This document shows positions 28,087 through 32,000 of a stretch of DNA of 32,000 nucleotides, one piece after another. The stretch spans positions 30,001-62,000 of the forward strand of contig NZ_PQWO01000001.1 of NCBI RefSeq assembly GCF_003231495.1, written 5' to 3'. The translations under genes and the position numbers were made by a program. The stretch's first letter is position 1; every line of letters starts with the position of its first letter. The notes under the pieces are model-generated. The model saw only the letters and a list, made by a program, of their open reading frames with translations. It had not been told where the DNA came from and ran no database searches. The DNA comes from Acaryochloris thomasi RCC1774 (lineage in GTDB: Bacteria; Cyanobacteriota; Cyanobacteriia; Thermosynechococcales; Thermosynechococcaceae).

Positions 28087-28332
28087 CTACTTGGCAGATG
28101 TCAGAATATCGGTCACGACCCAGCGCTTTGTGCGGCTCATGGGACGAGTCTCTTGAATGCGAACGCGATCGCCAATACTACAGCTATTTTCGGCATCGTG
28201 AACCTTGTATCGCTGAGTACGGGCCATAATCTTGCCGTATTTTTTATGAGGTGACCGGCTCTCAATTGCCACCACCACTGTTTTGTCCATTTTGTCGCTT
28301 ACGACTAAGCCGATCCGCTCTTTAACTGCCAT
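28087..28332 (-). CDS. rpsQ: 30S ribosomal protein S17
   Basis: [43 protein letters not shown]. Confidence 0.96.
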   Translation of the reverse strand: MAVKERIGLVVSDKMDKTVVVAIESRSPHKKYGKIMARTQRYKVHDAENSCSIGDRVRIQETRPMSRTKRWVVTDILTSAK

Positions 28333-28367
28333 GTGACCTTACTCCTTTTAAACTGGCTCCCTGCTGC

Positions 28368-28565
28368 TTATGCCTGCTGCTCGCGCTGCAGCGTCATCAA
28401 CTGCGCGATTTGGTGGCGAATTTGGCCCGCCTGATGAGGCTGAACGGTTTGACGAGTTGCCTTTTGGAACCGTAGATCGAATAGCTCGCGCTTAAGATCT
28501 TGAATTTTTGTCTCTACCTCAGCCTCTGAGAGCTTTCTGAGGTCACTCATTTTAGAAGAGGCCAT
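28368..28565 (-). CDS. rpmC: 50S ribosomal protein L29
   Basis: LRKLSEAEVETKIQDLKRELFDLRFQKATRQ. Confidence 0.93.
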   Translation of the reverse strand: MASSKMSDLRKLSEAEVETKIQDLKRELFDLRFQKATRQTVQPHQAGQIRHQIAQLMTLQREQQA

Positions 28566-28568
28566 GCG

Positions 28569-28988
28569 CTAAGACTCCTGCGACTCACGAACAATAAATT
28601 TAGTCTTAATCGGCATTTTGAATGAGGCCAAACGCATCGCTTCTCGTGCGACGGACTCAGGAACACCGGCAATCTCGTACATAATCCGACCCGGCTTAAC
28701 TACAGCGACCCAATACTCAGGAGCTCCCTTACCTGAACCCATCCGGGTTTCAGCAGGACGCATGGTAACAGGCTTATCAGGGAAAATGCGAATCCAGATC
28801 TTGCCGCCCCGTCGAACATAGCGAGTCATAGCCCGCCGGCCAGCCTCAATTTGTCGGGAAGTGATCCAAGAGGGTTCGGTTGCTTGGAGGCCAAATTCTC
28901 CGAAACTGAGAGTATTACCTCGCGTAGCTTTTCCACGCATCCGCCCCCGGTGCTGCTTCCGAAATTTAGTTTTTCTTGGGCTTAACAT
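28569..28988 (-). CDS. rplP: 50S ribosomal protein L16
   Basis: [36 protein letters not shown]. Confidence 0.97.
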   Translation of the reverse strand: MLSPRKTKFRKQHRGRMRGKATRGNTLSFGEFGLQATEPSWITSRQIEAGRRAMTRYVRRGGKIWIRIFPDKPVTMRPAETRMGSGKGAPEYWVAVVKPGRIMYEIAGVPESVAREAMRLASFKMPIKTKFIVRESQES

Positions 28989-29046
28989 GATCTAGATTCC
29001 GTCAATAGAAATTTTAAAGAATAAAGGCTTAGAGCTAAAGATTGAT

Positions 29047-29787
29047 CTAAGAATCTGAATCAGACCGGTCCTCAAACTGCTGGCGGCGACGCTGCTGCTG
29101 CTGGCGACGGCGAGGAGGACCTTCACGAGTCTGAGTCGGCTCAAGATCTGAGCCTGGAATAACCTCACCTTTAAAGACCCAAACCTTAATTCCCAAAATG
29201 CCGTAAGTCGTACTGGCAAATCGGTAGGAATAATCAATATCTGCTCTCAAGGTATGTAAAGGAACTCGACCTTCACGGGTCCACTCACTACGGGCGATTT
29301 CTGCGCCGTTGAGACGACCACCAACCTGAATTTTGATACCTTCAACACCGGCTCTTTGAGCGCGCTGAATAGCTTGACGCACAACTCGCCGGAAAGAAAC
29401 ACGTCGCTCGAGCTGCTGAGCGATGGATTCAGCAATCAAGGCTGCTTCAGCATCGACTCTAGCAATTTCAACAACGTTAATGCGAATCGGGCGATCGCTC
29501 CCCAGTTCCTTTTGCAGCCCTACTCTTAGAGCCTCAATCCCGCTGCCACCTCTGCCGACAACGACGCCGGGTCGTGCGGTCCGCACTTCGAGATCAATTT
29601 GATCGGCCTTACGCTCAATTCGCACACCGGCAATTCCGGCGTTGCTGAGCTGCTTGTTCACATACTGCCGAACTTTATAGTCTTCCTGAAGTAGTTCTGG
29701 ATACCGACTCGTATCGGCAAACCAACGTGAATTATGATCCTTCGTGATTCCTAAACGAAAGCCAGTTGGATGAATCTTTTGTCCCAC
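29047..29787 (-). CDS. rpsC: 30S ribosomal protein S3
   Basis: [23 protein letters not shown] plus KH and S3-C blocks. The preferred start is the GTG at 29785-29787, with GAGGA 7 nt upstream. The track start at 29811 is a TTG that would add 8 non-conserved residues. The protein has a basic, Q-rich C-terminal tail. Confidence 0.95.
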   Translation of the reverse strand: MGQKIHPTGFRLGITKDHNSRWFADTSRYPELLQEDYKVRQYVNKQLSNAGIAGVRIERKADQIDLEVRTARPGVVVGRGGSGIEALRVGLQKELGSDRPIRINVVEIARVDAEAALIAESIAQQLERRVSFRRVVRQAIQRAQRAGVEGIKIQVGGRLNGAEIARSEWTREGRVPLHTLRADIDYSYRFASTTYGILGIKVWVFKGEVIPGSDLEPTQTREGPPRRRQQQQRRRQQFEDRSDSDS

Positions 29788-29835
29788 AAGGATATCCTCT
29801 ACAAAAAACAAGTCAGCATAGTCAAACGTGAACGA

Positions 29836-30204
29836 TTAATCCTCTGACTCAGAGCTGCTGACGGCAACGGTAATATGACAGGTTGGCTTCCGAATTTGGT
29901 AAGCTCTCCCCTGTGCTCGGGGGCGAAATCGCTTCAAGCTTGGTCCTTGATCGGCATAGGCATGGCTAACCACAAGGCCCGCCGGATCAATCCCTTTGTT
30001 ATGCTCAGCGTTAGCAACAGCAGACCGTAGAGCTTTGAGAATCGGGTCACAGGCTCGGTAGGGCATGAACTCCAGCAAGATCAAGGCATCACGATAACTC
30101 TGGCCTCGAATCTGATCCAAGACACGGCGCACCTTTCGGGGAGACATGCGGATGTATTTAGCCGTGGCGTAAGCGCCGTTAATATCTTTCAGTTGATTTG
30201 ACAT
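29836..30204 (-). CDS. rplV: 50S ribosomal protein L22
   Basis: [34 protein letters not shown]. Confidence 0.96.
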   Translation of the reverse strand: MSNQLKDINGAYATAKYIRMSPRKVRRVLDQIRGQSYRDALILLEFMPYRACDPILKALRSAVANAEHNKGIDPAGLVVSHAYADQGPSLKRFRPRAQGRAYQIRKPTCHITVAVSSSESED

Positions 30205-30215
30205 TGTTGTGCTCC

Positions 30216-30494
30216 TTACATCCGAGCCTTTTTATCGCTTTTCGAGTGGCTGCGGAATGTGCGAGTCGGCGCAAATTCTCCCAGCTTGTGGCCCACCATC
30301 TGCTCTGTCACATATACAGGCACATGCTGCCGGCCATTGTGAACCCCAATCGTATGACCAATCATCTGGGGCAAAATTGTAGAGGCTCGGGACCACGTTT
30401 TGATCACTTGCTTATCACCCTTAGCGTTTAAGACTTCAATCTTTCGCATTAGGTGATCCGCAACGAAGGGACCTTTTTTGAGAGAGCGGGGCAT
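30216..30494 (-). CDS. rpsS: 30S ribosomal protein S19
   Basis: [20 protein letters not shown]...[29 protein letters not shown]. Confidence 0.98.
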   Translation of the reverse strand: MPRSLKKGPFVADHLMRKIEVLNAKGDKQVIKTWSRASTILPQMIGHTIGVHNGRQHVPVYVTEQMVGHKLGEFAPTRTFRSHSKSDKKARM

Positions 30495-30548
30495 AATCGT
30501 GAAACCTTGTCAGTGGCTATTAACTCAATAAAAACTAGAAGAAAGTGC

Positions 30549-31412
30549 TTATGACGCTCGACCGCCTCGACTCCGCTTAGAAGTACGACGACGGCGGCGT
30601 ACAATCAGGGCATTGCTCCCCTTATTTTTCTTGCGGGTTTTGTAGCCCAAGGTAGGTTTACCCCAAGGCGTGACAGGGCCTGCACGACCAATAGGCGCTC
30701 TACCCTCTCCGCCACCATGGGGGTGATCGCAAGGGTTCATAACAGAACCTCTCACCTTTGGCCGACGGCTTTTCCATCGGTTTCGTCCTGCTTTACCAAG
30801 GGTAATGTTGTTGGCTTCAACGTTGCCGACTTGGCCAACAGTGGCGTAACACTCTTTACGGAACATTCGCACCTCGGTTGAGGGCAGCTTCAGGGTAACC
30901 ATGTCGCCCTCTTTAGCCACGACCTGAGCAAGTGCGCCTGCAGAGCGGACAACTTGCCCTCCCTTACCAGCCACCAATTCAACATTGTGTACCTCTGTAC
31001 CAAGGGGGATATTGGCTAACGGCAATGCATTTCCAATCTCAATGGGGGATTCTGGGCCGGACACAACTTCATCCCCTACGTTGAGTCCCCGAGGGTGAAG
31101 GATATATCGCTTTTCTCCGTCCTGATAATTAATCAGGGCAATACGTGCATTACGGTTAGGATCGTACTCAACGGTCGCAACCTTCCCAGAAATCCCGTAC
31201 TTGTTGCGGTAGAGATCGATAATCCTGTAGCGGCGTTTATGACCACCGCCTCGCCGCCGACTAGTGATTACGCCTCGATTGTTTCGGCCCTGATGACGGT
31301 GCTTTGCACCAACAAGGGATTTCTCCGGGCGATCACGCGTAATCTCGGCAAAGTCAGAGGATGTCTTTTGCCGGGATCCAGCGGTATAGGGTCGGTATGA
31401 TCGAATGCCCAT
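30549..31412 (-). CDS. rplB: 50S ribosomal protein L2
   Basis: [34 protein letters not shown]. Confidence 0.98.
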   Translation of the reverse strand: MGIRSYRPYTAGSRQKTSSDFAEITRDRPEKSLVGAKHRHQGRNNRGVITSRRRGGGHKRRYRIIDLYRNKYGISGKVATVEYDPNRNARIALINYQDGEKRYILHPRGLNVGDEVVSGPESPIEIGNALPLANIPLGTEVHNVELVAGKGGQVVRSAGALAQVVAKEGDMVTLKLPSTEVRMFRKECYATVGQVGNVEANNITLGKAGRNRWKSRRPKVRGSVMNPCDHPHGGGEGRAPIGRAGPVTPWGKPTLGYKTRKKNKGSNALIVRRRRRTSKRSRGGRAS

Positions 31413-31474
31413 AACAGTAAACTCTTAGTCGATTGCAAATAAGGCTAGTTCTAAAAACGAGAGAGAAAGGTGAC

Positions 31475-31777
31475 CTAGACCTCGGGGAATAGAGTAATCG
31501 TGTCGCCTTCAGCTAGGGTCACAATTGCTTTTTTATACTGAGGCTTATGGCCAATGAAACGTCCCATCCGCTTTTTCTTCAATGGCGGCTTGTGGGTGCT
31601 AATCCCTACAACTTTGACCTCGAAAAGAGACTCAATGGCTTCTCTGATTTGTGGCTTATTAGCTCTAGGATCAACTTCAAATGTGTACTGGTTATTTTCA
31701 AGCAGTAATGTCGCTTTTTCCGTAACGATGGGGCGGCGGACGATGTCGGCTAAGGCCGATGGCGTGAATTTAGTCAC
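31475..31777 (-). CDS. rplW: 50S ribosomal protein L23
   Basis: [27 protein letters not shown]...[16 protein letters not shown]. The start is set at the GTG (31775-31777), which has AGGAGG at 31784-31789 6 nt upstream, giving 100 aa. The longer track ORF (to 31933) runs through the rplD 3' end in another frame. Confidence 0.93.
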   Translation of the reverse strand: MTKFTPSALADIVRRPIVTEKATLLLENNQYTFEVDPRANKPQIREAIESLFEVKVVGISTHKPPLKKKRMGRFIGHKPQYKKAIVTLAEGDTITLFPEV

Positions 31778-32000
31778 TGTAAACCTCCTGGATTTTTGCG
31801 ATCGCATCTTCAGTCGCCACAATCCGGTCGGAGGCGAGCAAATCGTAAACATTAAGATTCGCAGCAAGAACCAGCTTGATACTGGCGTTGTTACGCGCCG
31901 ACAGATAGACGTTCTCCTGCTTATCGGCCACAATCAACAAGACTTTAGAGCCTTCCTCAATACCCCATCGGGCCAGAGCCGCGGCTAATTCCTTTGTCTT
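31770..32000 (-). CDS. rplD: 50S ribosomal protein L4, C-terminal 76 codons; the 5' end lies beyond the window
   Basis: Hand translation from nt 32000 downward gives [76 protein letters not shown] followed by TAA at 31770-31772. The position upstream of rplW and the L4-like C-terminus support the call. It is absent from the ORF track because no start codon falls inside the window. Confidence 0.88.
   Translation of the reverse strand, partial: KTKELAAALARWGIEEGSKVLLIVADKQENVYLSARNNASIKLVLAANLNVYDLLASDRIVATEDAIAKIQEVYSD

Overview
This is a cyanobacterial chromosomal segment. The evidence is 14 copies of the HIP1 octamer GCGATCGC, psbU, a PSII-type S4-domain gene, and a ribosomal cluster that lacks rpsN, rpmD and rpsD. 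The right half (about 17.4-32.0 kb, all minus strand) is the conserved S10-spc-alpha ribosomal superoperon: rplD (partial)-rplW-rplB-rpsS-rplV-rpsC-rplP-rpmC-rpsQ-rplN-rplX-rplE-rpsH-rplF-rplR-rpsE-rplO-secY-adk-infA-rpmJ-rpsM-rpsK-rpoA-rplQ-truA-rplM-rpsI-rpmE. rpmJ and the rplD fragment are missing from the ORF track and were found by hand translation. The left half holds housekeeping genes: a monomeric-type isocitrate dehydrogenase 3' end, a HEAT-repeat protein, a COG2509-like FAD oxidoreductase, nadB, psbU, an FHA-adenylate cyclase, a TPR protein, an LMW phosphatase and two S4-domain proteins. Between about 3.3 and 9.7 kb lies a poorly characterised stretch. The most interesting candidate there is a tightly packed minus-strand unit: an 81-aa protein, a DUF1814/AbiEii-like nucleotidyltransferase (the two overlap by ATGA), and a divergent UvrD-like SF1 helicase that can only start at a TTG 32 nt downstream. 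An intrinsic terminator insulates the unit from the gene upstream. Next to it are several small unknown genes, including a 58-aa double-CxxC zinc-ribbon ORF below the ORF-track cutoff. I saw no rRNA, tRNA, CRISPR array, transposase or integrase. All functional calls rest on motif recognition by eye, and no database search was possible.
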